In this document: piece after piece, positions 20,528 to 30,538 of the stretch | Position numbering within the stretch: position 1 is the stretch's first letter | Layout of the letters: every line of letters starts with the position of its first letter | NCBI GenBank assembly: GCA_963794945.1 | Contig: CAWCFT010000017.1 | Span: 1-64,000, forward strand | Origin: Endomicrobiales bacterium | GTDB taxonomy: Bacteria; Elusimicrobiota; Endomicrobiia; Endomicrobiales; CAWCFT01 | Direction of reading: 5' to 3' | DNA: 64,000 bases | Notes under the pieces: generated by a model | What the model was told of the DNA's origin: nothing | The model's database searches: none | The model's input: the letters and a program-made list of their open reading frames with translations, nothing else | Program-made: the position numbers and the translations under genes

Positions 20528-20966
20528 ATTGGGGTCAACTTTTGCTTATACTCTGACACTATAGACTTGTATTATAAAAAGAGAATATAAAAATCTAGAG
20601 GATTAATCAAGCATTTAGTTCGCACTATGACTGACTTTTTTCAATAACAATAAACGGCAAATAGAATATTTCTCATTCCATCTTGCCGTTATAAAAAATA
20701 CTTTTTTTCTGCCTTGTTATTATAAAACCTTGAATAAACATAAATGCTTTTCATTCAAAACTTCTTGGCTTTAATGAAAATTCAGGTAATTTTATTGTAC
20801 AAAACAATATACCTTAAGTCAAGCGTAAATGGGGCCAGGCCTTGATTCTTGAAATATTCACATTTCTGCTTCTTGTTACGTCGTATATTGCACACCGCAT
20901 ACCTGCGCGAATAAGACTAAACGGCTTTCTGGATTCCGGCTGACGAAATGCCGGAATGACGAACTA

Positions 20967-23669
20967 CTACGTCGTATATTCAACATACAAGTCCAGCAAA
21001 TATTCGATTCTTTTTCTTTCGTTTATAAATGCCTGGGATCTGTAGCATAAATCCACGCATTTATCCAGGTCCTGGTGCGCTTTGAGCAAATCCCTGGGCA
21101 TTGACAACGGGTCGTAAAGTTCGGACAAAGAATTTTGAAATTTGCTTCTTATTTTTATTACCTCGTCGGCTTTGTTTTCAACCGACTTAATATTCTCTTT
21201 AGAAGGTTTTTCCGGCCAGGGGTAATTATTGTAAACCATTTCAGCTGAATACCTAAACCTCCCTTCCAGCTTACCACCAATATAATTTATCCATACCATA
21301 TGCATAATAGACGATAATACCCCGAAATGGTAAAGAGTTGCGTTTTCTATTGAAAGACAGCTATTATGCACAATATTTTCTTTGCTGAAATATCCAAATG
21401 GTATATATTTTCTATTTTCCGACGAATGACAGGGTATAAGCATATACTTGGAATCCGGCTGGCGTATCTCTCCAAACAAATATGGGGTATCGGCAAGTTT
21501 TACAGTGGCCTCACGGCTGCTTTTTAAGCGGTACTCTTTAACTTTTTCTACACGTTCTTTTATAGCTTTTACATTTCTTATTATTGCCGGGTCCGCGTCT
21601 TTAAGCCAGATACACCAGCGCTTCTCGCCGTTCAGGTACTCCCTTGCGCTTATTAACGGCCTGATGACTGTTTTTGCTTCGGGTTCATTTTTTATAAGGC
21701 CTGTTTTTTCCCGGTCGTCTAAAAGCAAAAAGCCGCCGTCGTTCGGCATGTTGCCGAAAGATATTTCGGGCACATTGTTTATGGGCTTGCTTCGTTTAAG
21801 AATAATTAAATCGTTTCCTTCCACCAGATACGGGTTTATGTTGCTTTCTTTAATAACGTGGGCGTCTGACTTAGGGGTATCGTACTCGTAAATGTATTTT
21901 TCGCCGTCCACATTGTTTTTTGCAAACCCTATAATAACAACAAATACGCTGGCTTTGCCTTTTGCTTCGCTGGTCCACTGGAAAGTTCTGTGAGCAAATA
22001 ATATTTTAATTCCGTACTTGTTAAATAGAATATTCCAGAGTATCCCCGTTTGCTCTCCCTGTGATATTGAATTAGTTGATACGAAAGCGCATTTTATACC
22101 GGTATCCTTAATGTATTCAGCAGCTTTTATATACCAGCAGGTGACATAATCCAACACCCCGGCGCCCTTGCTGCCGCCGAAAATAAGCTCCATATCCGTA
22201 TTTTGCTCTTCATTCCTGTGCTGTTTGCCCACAAAAGGCGGGTTGCCCATAATGTATGATAGTTTGCGCGGGTCAATTATATCCTTCCAGTTAAGCCTTA
22301 ACGAATTGCCAAGCGTTATCTTTGCGGACTTTTTCAACGGGAGCCTTATGTAATATTGCCCGAATTCTTCCGACATGAGAATGTTCATCTGATGGTCAAT
22401 AAGCCACATAGCCACTTCCGCGATCCTGGCTGGGAACTCTTCTATTTCAATGCCGAACATGGAGTCAACATCTATCTTGCTGAGCAGGCTGATGTCAAGA
22501 ATCCTGTGTTCGTGCTCGTTCAACGCTTTAAGGATGTCTATTTCAAGCTTTCTCATTTCCCTGTAAGTGATAACAAGAAAATTGCCGCAGCCGCAGGCCG
22601 GGTCTAAAAATCTCATGGCGCTGATTTTTTCATGGAATTCCGTTAACTTTCGGCCGCTATTTTTGACTTTCTCGAATTCTGCCCTTAAATTATCCAAAAA
22701 TAAAGGTTTGATAAGCTTCAGTATGTTCTTTTCGCTTGTATAGTGAGCGCCGATGTTGCGCCTTTTTTCCTGGTCCATTACAGATTGAAACAATGAGCCG
22801 AAAATTGCCGGGGATATTTTGCTCCAGTCAAAATAGCAGCACTTGAGAAGCGATTCCCGCATATCAGAGTCAAAATCCGCCATGCGCAGGTTTTCGGCAT
22901 AGAGCTTGCCATTTACGTAAGGGAATGCCATCAGCTCTTCATCGAGGGTCTTTTGCCGGTCGTTTTCGGGAGTATTGAGTATCTGAAACAGGTGAGCAAG
23001 GGCTGGGCCTAAATCGCTTCCATCTTCTCGGGTCCGGTGTTGTATGTAGTCGGTAAAAGAATTTTTTGGGAAAATGCCGGTATCGTCGGAAAACAGGCAG
23101 AACAATATGCGCACCAGCAATACTTCAAGTTCGTGGCCTTTGTAGCCGGAATCGCTAAGCTGGTCATGCAGCAGCCCCATCAGCTCAGCCGCTTTGATAT
23201 TTACAGGGTCTTCTTCTTTATACTCCTTTTTTTCGTACCCCGCGATAAAGCCAAACAAATGAATATGTTTATGGAAATCTTCCAGCCTGAATTCATTATT
23301 CTGTTCGGTTTCTAAATTATACAACCTGAACCTGCTGAAATCGGAGACCAGAACATATTTGGGGAGTTCATATTCTTTTATCCCCGGAAAATAATTCTTT
23401 GCCTGGTCAAAGGCTTTATTCAGGTCTTTGCCTCTGGACTTATGTTCAACAATAAGTACGCCTTTCCAGAGCAGGTCAATATAACCGGTTTTTTCATCCA
23501 ACAGCTTTACCGGCTTCTCGAACGTCGCCACTCTGCGCCGCGAAATCCCGAAAACGTTGAAAAACCCGTCCCAGAAGGATTTTGCTTCCGCGTTTTCGCT
23601 CGTTTCATTTTCCCATTCTTTTGAAAATTCAATCGATCTTTTCTTTATCTCGTTCCAGCTGAGCGCCAT
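20967..23669 (-). CDS. MmeI-family type IIL restriction-modification enzyme
   Basis: MALSWNEIK start, IDLLW...EHK nuclease motif, GAHYTS, LDPACGCGNFL, GNPPF. Confidence 0.92.
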   Translation of the reverse strand: MALSWNEIKKRSIEFSKEWENETSENAEAKSFWDGFFNVFGISRRRVATFEKPVKLLDEKTGYIDLLWKGVLIVEHKSRGKDLNKAFDQAKNYFPGIKEYELPKYVLVSDFSRFRLYNLETEQNNEFRLEDFHKHIHLFGFIAGYEKKEYKEEDPVNIKAAELMGLLHDQLSDSGYKGHELEVLLVRILFCLFSDDTGIFPKNSFTDYIQHRTREDGSDLGPALAHLFQILNTPENDRQKTLDEELMAFPYVNGKLYAENLRMADFDSDMRESLLKCCYFDWSKISPAIFGSLFQSVMDQEKRRNIGAHYTSEKNILKLIKPLFLDNLRAEFEKVKNSGRKLTEFHEKISAMRFLDPACGCGNFLVITYREMRKLEIDILKALNEHEHRILDISLLSKIDVDSMFGIEIEEFPARIAEVAMWLIDHQMNILMSEEFGQYYIRLPLKKSAKITLGNSLRLNWKDIIDPRKLSYIMGNPPFVGKQHRNEEQNTDMELIFGGSKGAGVLDYVTCWYIKAAEYIKDTGIKCAFVSTNSISQGEQTGILWNILFNKYGIKILFAHRTFQWTSEAKGKASVFVVIIGFAKNNVDGEKYIYEYDTPKSDAHVIKESNINPYLVEGNDLIILKRSKPINNVPEISFGNMPNDGGFLLLDDREKTGLIKNEPEAKTVIRPLISAREYLNGEKRWCIWLKDADPAIIRNVKAIKERVEKVKEYRLKSSREATVKLADTPYLFGEIRQPDSKYMLIPCHSSENRKYIPFGYFSKENIVHNSCLSIENATLYHFGVLSSIMHMVWINYIGGKLEGRFRYSAEMVYNNYPWPEKPSKENIKSVENKADEVIKIRSKFQNSLSELYDPLSMPRDLLKAHQDLDKCVDLCYRSQAFINERKRIEYLLDLYVEYTT

Positions 23670-23740
23670 AGATTAATCCTTTTAAAATTCCAGGGGCAGG
23701 GCTTGCGGCTTGTATTCATACAAAATCAAGCATTCCCAAC

Positions 23741-23860
23741 AAAAAAACCACACCATTTATTCTGCGCAATGTGGTTTTACAGTTTAGACAGAATTTCTCT
23801 CCCAAATAGTATCTCGTGTCATAGTAACGAAATTCTATCTCTTTTTGACGGATATTTCAA
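23741..23860 (-). promoter_or_regulatory. Promoter + short leader + terminator-like hairpin module, copy 2, upstream of the MmeI gene
   Basis: TTGAAA(23855-60)-17bp-TAGAAT(23832-37); AAAACCACATTGCG...GGTGTGGTTTTTTT. Confidence 0.55.
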
Positions 23861-23875
23861 ACAAACTTTCAATTA

Positions 23876-24337
23876 TTAAAGCATCTCATCAGAAGCCGGA
23901 TACTGCTCGGGAGATTTGCCGGTTTTGCTGATCAAGAAAGGGTACTTCCTGTTATATACAGGTTCTTCTTTGCCTGTAAATTCTACATTAAATTTCCACT
24001 CATCGCCATAGTCAAACAGAAACAGAAGTTTTTTATCAAGTGAAAATGCTTCCGCTATTGTGATTTTCTTGACACCTTTTGCGTTCGGAGAGCCTTCTTC
24101 GCCTACATCTTTAAACAATTCGTACGCCCTTTCCGCTTGAAACCATTTTTCAAAGCTGTTAAAGAATCCAAAACAATGGTCAAAATCAAAGTCAAATGAG
24201 TCAACAATGGCTTCGGCAAGAGTATAGAGAGTTTGGTTTTCTGCCAGGGCAAGCTCCCGCGTAATAGAAGATTCACCACATAAGCTCACCTTCAAAGTTA
24301 ATATTTTTTCGTTATTCTTTGCTATTCTTTTTTTCAT
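23876..24337 (-). CDS. pRiA4b ORF-3 / IS1096 passenger TnpR-like protein
   Basis: TLYTLAEAIVDSFDFDFDH, FLFDYGDEWKF, PEQYP. Confidence 0.8.
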   Translation of the reverse strand: MKKRIAKNNEKILTLKVSLCGESSITRELALAENQTLYTLAEAIVDSFDFDFDHCFGFFNSFEKWFQAERAYELFKDVGEEGSPNAKGVKKITIAEAFSLDKKLLFLFDYGDEWKFNVEFTGKEEPVYNRKYPFLISKTGKSPEQYPASDEML

Positions 24338-24383
24338 TTTAGTTTTTTTTGTAAGTCTCCCGTTTTTAAACTCCTCAAAATTA

Positions 24384-24812
24384 TTATGTCCAAAGATATG
24401 ACCTTATATTGACAAGGCGGTGAAGGTATTCCGTATCTTCTCTGCGCCACTTTTCCTCTAATTCAAAATCCTTGTCCATTGCTTTGTAAACTTTAGCGTA
24501 TTTTTTTCTATCAGGCCAAATTATTTCTGCGGCAGGTTGACCTTTAATCGGTCTTGTTTTTAACTTAAAATCTTTAAGTCTTTTATCGTCAAGAGGGCTT
24601 TTCCTTTTCGGGCGTATTTTAGTCCACCACGTGTATAATGTTTGTATCTCGGCCCACGCTTTTCTGTTTTCCTTATCGTGACCCCAATCAATTATTCTAT
24701 GTGGATCCTCTTTTTCAACAAAATCAACGAGTATCTGAAATGCAGCGTATAACAACAGGTTATCCCGCTCACACCAGCCCCTTTGTAGCGAATCAATTTT
24801 TAGATATTTCAT
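24384..24812 (-). CDS. Hypothetical protein
   Basis: Start MKYLKI at 24812 with GGAG RBS; Trp-rich. Confidence 0.65.
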   Translation of the reverse strand: MKYLKIDSLQRGWCERDNLLLYAAFQILVDFVEKEDPHRIIDWGHDKENRKAWAEIQTLYTWWTKIRPKRKSPLDDKRLKDFKLKTRPIKGQPAAEIIWPDRKKYAKVYKAMDKDFELEEKWRREDTEYLHRLVNIRSYLWT

Positions 24813-24851
24813 CTTGGCTCCTACTCTTATAACAATTCTGTTTTGTTTATC

Positions 24852-24959
24852 ATGGTATAAAGCGTTTGGCCTTCTGCAAGGGCGATCTCCCGCGTTATAG
24901 AAGACTCGCCGCACGGGTTTACTTTAAATCTCGTTACTTTTTGCTGTTCTTTTTTTCAT
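24852..24959 (-). pseudogene. Degenerate 5' fragment of a pRiA4b ORF-3-like gene
   Basis: Reads MKKRTAKSNE then, frameshifted, KVNPCGESSITREIALAEGQTLYT, matching the N-terminus of 23876-24337. Confidence 0.75.
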
Positions 24960-25010
24960 TTTGATCTATAGCCTTTTTGAAGTAGGCCCAGAAGGCATCG
25001 ACATACTTCT

Positions 25011-25835
25011 CTACAAGAAGAGAATCCCAATTATTACGTGTACGCTGGCGGTAAAGCTAAGAATATCGTCTTTAATTTTGCGAAGGTTCTCTGACTCAAA
25101 TGCCTTTATCAGTTGGTTGGCGGTTTCCGGCTCACATATTTTGGCTACATCTTCACCCAAGAGCTTAACTCCTGCCAATTCCAAATCCCATCCCGATTCA
25201 GCAGACAATTCACGTGACTCACTATAAAGATGATCTTCATTACCTGCTTCATGATAGGAATTCAGGATTATCCATATATCAATGGCATCTTTTTTGTTAT
25301 CCGCGTGACGGTCAATCCACGCAAAAAGCTTAAGCACAACTAAAGCTGGAAGTGAAGCAACTGGCACCATTAATTGTTCGTTGATTTGCACCATTATACT
25401 TGAACGAGCCGCCTCGGCAAAACCGGCTACACACATTATTTGTTCCATTTCTGGCGGCCAGGCAACTGCTCCTTTGACATTCTCCAAACCGCCAAAAGGG
25501 AGCAAATCAATTGGAATTTCTGTTGAAGTATTCAACAAACGGTGCATCCTTTGGGGATCTTCTTTGAAGTTGCCTGTTGCAGTCAATCGCACTTTAAGCG
25601 CTTTAAACGTATCCCAATCTTCAACAAATATCCCAATATCAACGTCGCTTGTAGCGCGAGTGGTGCTTATGCCAAAAACATGTAAAAGTATCAGATCTCG
25701 AGCTTGGGCCCCGCCCAAAAAATACTCCTTTCCAAACGCCCGGATACATTCATCAACGTGGCGCAGCGTATCAACCAGATGTTTGTTAACAGGATATTCA
25801 GAATTAATTGTCAATATTCGCAAGGTATTGGTCAT
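25011..25835 (-). CDS. AbiEii-like nucleotidyltransferase (type IV TA toxin)
   Basis: LGGAQARD, RATSDVDI, IDLLPFG, LKLFAW...KDAIDI. Confidence 0.85.
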   Translation of the reverse strand: MTNTLRILTINSEYPVNKHLVDTLRHVDECIRAFGKEYFLGGAQARDLILLHVFGISTTRATSDVDIGIFVEDWDTFKALKVRLTATGNFKEDPQRMHRLLNTSTEIPIDLLPFGGLENVKGAVAWPPEMEQIMCVAGFAEAARSSIMVQINEQLMVPVASLPALVVLKLFAWIDRHADNKKDAIDIWIILNSYHEAGNEDHLYSESRELSAESGWDLELAGVKLLGEDVAKICEPETANQLIKAFESENLRKIKDDILSFTASVHVIIGILFL

Positions 25836-26805
25836 AGATTTGTTTTGCAATTTCCATGTCCCGTGAATCCAGGGAAGACATCAGGTCGGCATATATCAAA
25901 AGAAGCGGCGCGATTCTGTTTGTATTGGAAGTATCGGCAGTATGTTTCCAAAACATGTTCAATATTTCAACATTGCCGTTCGCATCTGTTCTCAAGCGGT
26001 TATTGATAATTATTTCGTCAGGTTTCCCGGCGGTGTAAACAGTTATGATTGCAGGCTTCAAACTTCCCGTCAGCTTTGCGGCCGCAACCTCTCCGCCCCA
26101 TACTGCATTATCAGGCAGGAGGTATTCCTTCCACCAGTCCGGGTTCTCAGCTGAAAAGCGCTGGATAACTAATTGGGAACGATACTCCGCATAACGGTTT
26201 ACCCATTCATCCAAAAGGCGGCGCGTAAGGATTATCCTCCTGTCATTCCGTGCCAACGTATTTACAAAACCACCATGCACCAGATCGTTAAGCACGTTCT
26301 GGACGGATCCAAGCGACACCCCTGAAGCATTCATGATCTCCATATAAGTGCCTTTGATTAAATCGGGCTGTGTAAGTAATGAAAATATTACACGTAAATT
26401 TGCAATCGATTTTCTTTTAATCTGGCCATGAACTCCAAAATCTGCTTGTCGGGGTTGTCCAATAATATAAACATATAACCCCGGCACTTTAATATAGGCA
26501 TTCCCAGCCGTATCTACGAATTGAATACCTGCGTCTTTGCATTTGGCGGCAATTTCCCGCGTGATATACGGCATGCAGAGCAGAAAATTAGCGGCAGGCG
26601 GTTGGTGGCGCCTGATGCTGCCTATAATCGATAATCTGTCAACATTCTTTACTATCGCACAAAATTCAACCGGTTGGTCATTTATGTTAATTTTAAGGGT
26701 TGCATTATACAAGCTTGGAATGGTTGGTACTTCAACCGTTGCTTGCAGGTTTAGTTGCTGGTTAAGAACATTAATGATTTTCTTGAGAATGACTTGCTCA
26801 TCCAT
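25804..26805 (-). CDS. AbiEi-like antitoxin (type IV TA)
   Basis: FVDTAGNAYI, central HTH, WGGEVAA, PLLLIYADL; overlaps the toxin start. Confidence 0.85.
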   Translation of the reverse strand: MDEQVILKKIINVLNQQLNLQATVEVPTIPSLYNATLKININDQPVEFCAIVKNVDRLSIIGSIRRHQPPAANFLLCMPYITREIAAKCKDAGIQFVDTAGNAYIKVPGLYVYIIGQPRQADFGVHGQIKRKSIANLRVIFSLLTQPDLIKGTYMEIMNASGVSLGSVQNVLNDLVHGGFVNTLARNDRRIILTRRLLDEWVNRYAEYRSQLVIQRFSAENPDWWKEYLLPDNAVWGGEVAAAKLTGSLKPAIITVYTAGKPDEIIINNRLRTDANGNVEILNMFWKHTADTSNTNRIAPLLLIYADLMSSLDSRDMEIAKQIYDQYLANIDN

Positions 26806-26842
26806 AGAATTACCCGTAATTACTATTTATATATTAATACAA

Positions 26843-26943
26843 TTTACATGATACGTGTAAAATTATTATAATTGTAATTTGTTTATGAGTTAATTACAAT
26901 TTATAACTAATAATATTTTACATGAAACGTGTTAATTTGTCAA
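26843..26943 (-). promoter_or_regulatory. AbiE promoter with two palindromic operators
   Basis: TTGACA(26938-43)-17bp-TAAAAT; TTTACATGnnACGTGT at 26843-26861 and 26917-26935. Confidence 0.7.
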
Positions 26944-27243
26944 TAGTATAAATTATTTTAATTTTAAGATACAACGCAAGAAAATTCCAGGGGCTTGCAT
27001 TCATACAAAATCAATCCATTCCCGATCTAAGGAATTTTAACATAATTTCTAATGTACTTGTCCTCCTGCGCTAAACGTGTCAGCAATAAACGCGGTTATC
27101 CACCACATTGCTGTCACAGCTTAGTAGGGCATTTGCCTGTCACGGTATGTCGCAGTAATGTTTTGTAGGATCGGTCGCGGTTTTACTAACAGCTTTAACA
27201 CTCTTCTTGATTATTAATTCAATACCGACACATGAATAGATGA

Positions 27244-28270
27244 TTACAGCCAGGTAACCAATATTTTCTCTATGTCCTTCAGAAACACGTCCAAATAACT
27301 TTCGCCCAGGTATTGTTTTTCATCTGATAATAACTGCCCGAATCCGGCAGACTTCGATTTTCGGCCTTATTTCACTCATCAGTTGACGCAGTTCCGATGA
27401 CTGCATCAAAACATACATGTTAATTAATTTATCATCATTTATTTTCAGCCATATTTTTTCCAGCGCAATTAATAAAGACGGCCAGTTTGTCCATTTTAAA
27501 CCGGTTTTTTCTATATTAAGAAATTCAAACCATTTGTCAGTTTTTAACCAGTAATGCTTCTCCTTACCATAAGGTTTCACAAACAATAACCCGGATTTAA
27601 CCATGTCAATGAGTATGTCCTGCACGGTCTTTTGGGCATAATACGTCTCACGGGCTATTTTACTCGGATGGGCGCTCTCATGAGTTAAAAGATATAAGAT
27701 AATCTCGCAACGCACATTTATGCCAAACAACGCCCTAAGTTTGAACAACACCGCGGTATTATGAATGTTACGAACCTGTTGAGAATGCTTCCGCAATTTC
27801 AATTCTCCGCGGTTAAATCCATGTTTATAAAATACTTTGTCTTGAGAACCGAACATTTGAACAGGTGAACCATCTGCCGAGAAGAACAGGTTTTCGTATA
27901 CTTGCTCGTTAGTACTATCGGATTTTATAAGCCCCTTCCATTTTAAAAATTTACCTTCATTAGACATTATCTCCGCTACGGGGATGAGCACTTTCCTTGA
28001 GGAAAAATTCTCTTTTGCGAGAATTGTCTTTAGTCTTTGTATATTAATGAAATTGCCGTTTGTAACAAGCCAGTCTATAACCTCATCGAAAAGCCGCGCC
28101 TCACTTCTTGAGATAGTAAGCGAGAAAAGGAGCAGGGCCTCTGGATCAATATACCATGTATCAAGAGCGCCTTCGTAACCGGTGACTCCAAGCGCGTGCC
28201 ATTGTCTCCACAGAAAAGAAGACAAATGTTCGCGGAATCTATTCCTGAAACTTATCAGCGACTCTTCCAT
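27244..28270 (-). CDS. wHTH-containing partner of the DUF6036-like protein; frameshift near 27350
   Basis: IDPEALLL, LRALFG, HPSKIARETYY HTH; alternate frame continues SAGFGQLL...ILVTWL to 27244. Confidence 0.65.
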
Positions 28271-28829
28271 AACCTATCTTCCTTATCATATCAAATAAAA
28301 TCTTTCTGAAATCACTGCTCGGGTCTTGTTTCATTGCCCACCTAGCCGCAGACTCCATCTCCTCATCTGTAGGTTTTAGAACGCGCAAATCATCCAAATG
28401 CCTTCCGGGCCCGGAATCTACACAAGCATAAACCTTGAGATGAATTTGATCGTACCTGTCCAAAAAATGAATCGTGAGCTTGCTGCCGAATTTTTCAGTT
28501 TTTGCCCGTTCTAAATATCCCTCGGGCAACCCCTCTTGCATCAAATCGCTGGGGCCGCAATTCAGCCAGTTTTCATCAAGCCCTAAATCACGGGCAACAC
28601 GGAAAGAAGCTTTCTTCAATACCTCAGGCAGCGGTTTCGATGCTCCTATTTTTTGTTCAGAATAGCCAAGCCCCACGACATCAACATCTTTTGTGGTCCT
28701 GAAAACGTATTCACAGAATAACAATGCAGACCCACCGCAAACCACAAGATTCATTGGGTCAATGTGTTCACTTTCAAGAATTTCACCAAGCAGTTTCAAT
28801 GATTTTTGCAATATTTCTTTATTTAACAT
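28239..28829 (-). CDS. DUF6036-like nucleotidyltransferase
   Basis: VCGGSAL, RTTKDVDV, NWLNCGP, LKVYA...HLDDL. Confidence 0.8.
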   Translation of the reverse strand: MLNKEILQKSLKLLGEILESEHIDPMNLVVCGGSALLFCEYVFRTTKDVDVVGLGYSEQKIGASKPLPEVLKKASFRVARDLGLDENWLNCGPSDLMQEGLPEGYLERAKTEKFGSKLTIHFLDRYDQIHLKVYACVDSGPGRHLDDLRVLKPTDEEMESAARWAMKQDPSSDFRKILFDMIRKIGYGRVADKFQE

Positions 28830-28838
28830 GATTATCCT

Positions 28839-28893
28839 TATACCACTTGTTATAAGTGGTATATATTATAATTATTTATTCTTATTCTGTCAA
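28839..28893 (-). promoter_or_regulatory. Consensus promoter with downstream palindromic operator
   Basis: TTGACA(28888-93)-17bp-TATAAT(28865-70); TATACCACTT-5bp-AAGTGGTATA at 28839-28863. Confidence 0.75.
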
Positions 28894-29037
28894 GTCTTAT
28901 TCTACTGCAAAAACCAAGAAAAAACAGCTTTTGGGAAGGTCAATAATGAGGCATTTGTCAATATTGAACAATTTTATAAGTCACTGGTAAATTTTAATCA
29001 AGAAATGCACGATATTTCCAAATGCGGTGGCCCAAAA

Positions 29038-29973
29038 CTATCGCTTTCGAAGAATCTTTAGCTTGTCCCACTTAATGTGAGGTAAATACTTTTCTCTGTC
29101 CTCTTTATCACCTGAATATGAAATCTCATGTTCCGAATAATTATTTACGGTAAAATAAGTTTGCCCCGAAAGAAATTTCAATGTCTTGCCGAGACCGGGA
29201 ACTTTGAACGCAATATTATGTTCAATTAAAGCGTCTACCATCTTCAAATAAGTGTAAAGGGAAAGTCCGATTGATTCTGATTCTCTTAAAGAAAACCAAT
29301 GCTCTGAAGAATTGGGCGGAAATAAGCAAATCCCGATTTCCATCATACTGTAGATTATTTCAAATGGATGAGAACCCGACCATTGATCACTATTATACCA
29401 GTTAAGGAATTCCTGCCTACTTCCGGCATCTTTTATAGACAACATCCCACCATCTCTTTTGTCCGCCCAAGTTTGATACATCTTCAGCGGAGTCATTCCA
29501 TTCGTGTGCTTGCCAAATACCGCTTTATAACAGATGGCGCACACATTCAGATACTCCTGCAACGAGCATCCTTCGGATACAAATTTCTTAGCCTGATGAG
29601 AATTGTATTTTTTCGATATTCGTTGTTTCTCTTTTCGAGACATCGTTTCTTCCAGGACATATTTCCCCTGAATCTTTCCTGTGCGGAAATAATAAGGAAC
29701 TTTCTTTTCAACGAACCGTAAATTATAAGGCTTCGAATTAGTGAAGTTGAGAGTCGATCTGAGAAGGGTATAAATGTCATCATCATTGTGACCGTTACCC
29801 TTACTAATAGAAATCCGGCCATACTTGTTCATGAAACAAAAATATTCATCTTTATACCGAGAAACAGCTAATGGGAAAAGAATAATATTTTTCCCTTTCT
29901 TTAATGGGATATAAAAATCCTCCCAAAACGTATCTAACTTTGTTTTCTTCGATGGTTTTACAGATATCGTCAA
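29038..29973 (-). CDS. Hypothetical protein
   Basis: 311-aa ORF, no recognised family. Confidence 0.6.
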   Translation of the reverse strand: MTISVKPSKKTKLDTFWEDFYIPLKKGKNIILFPLAVSRYKDEYFCFMNKYGRISISKGNGHNDDDIYTLLRSTLNFTNSKPYNLRFVEKKVPYYFRTGKIQGKYVLEETMSRKEKQRISKKYNSHQAKKFVSEGCSLQEYLNVCAICYKAVFGKHTNGMTPLKMYQTWADKRDGGMLSIKDAGSRQEFLNWYNSDQWSGSHPFEIIYSMMEIGICLFPPNSSEHWFSLRESESIGLSLYTYLKMVDALIEHNIAFKVPGLGKTLKFLSGQTYFTVNNYSEHEISYSGDKEDREKYLPHIKWDKLKILRKR

Positions 29974-30075
29974 TGAATCAATTAGCGAATGCAGACATAT
30001 CGTTCTTTAGACGAAACTCACTGATATTGCTGAATTGAAATCTATTGGCGAAATAAGCGAAAGTTAATATTTTAT

Positions 30076-30267
30076 TCATACAATCTTTCGATCCCACACC
30101 ATCTGGTCTAAATCTACAATAATATACACAAAATTCTCCCATTGGTCCCCTTGCCCAGGTTGGACACAAAGCGTCTTGCCAAGCTTTGCAAACCATTTTC
30201 CTGAAACTTGAGGGGATTCATGTATGTGGCCGTGTAACGTCAGCTTTCGATCCAACTTCCTCACCAT
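30076..30267 (-). pseudogene. C-terminal fragment of a metallophosphoesterase
   Basis: LTLHGHIHES...CVQPG only; N-terminal motifs absent. Confidence 0.6.
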
Positions 30268-30378
30268 TCAAACAGACATCGAGTCCAAAATATCCTGTGG
30301 AAGAATTACGATGTGTATAATAAATTTTACATATTTGTTACACTGTCGCGCTATTTCAATGGTAAGATTTTTTGATTA

Positions 30379-30403
30379 CAAAAGTTTGACGGTTGTTTGA
30401 CGG
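30379..30403 (+). repeat. 25-bp repeat, candidate arm-type sites (second copy)
   Basis: Identical to 12810-12834. Confidence 0.75.
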
Positions 30404-30488
30404 GTTATAGCCAAAAACAGCCCAAAATAGCCATAAATGACCCGAAACTCTCCGACGGAAAGACAATTACAGCGGGGGCGATGTAGAT

Positions 30489-30527
30489 TTGAGAGGGCGA
30501 TGTCCTAAACCACTAGACGATGGCGGC
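30489..30527 (-). repeat. att junction: 5' half of tRNA-Glu
   Basis: TTGAGAGGGCGATGTCCTAAACCACTAGACGATGGCGGC identical to 12701-12739. Confidence 0.95.
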
Positions 30528-30538
30528 AGCTTTGAATA

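Larger units (their letters stand above)
12701..30488 (-). mobile_element. Integrative (probably mobilizable) element 1 in tRNA-Glu
   Basis: 39-bp direct repeats at 12701-12739 and 30489-30527; integrase and excisionase at one end; more AT-rich than the flank. Confidence 0.9.

Noticed and set aside
30489..30527. Second tRNA gene or split tRNA
   Set aside because: Only the 5' half is present with no T-arm; explained as an att junction. The 9-nt CAGCGGGGG match at 30470-30478 is too short to count.
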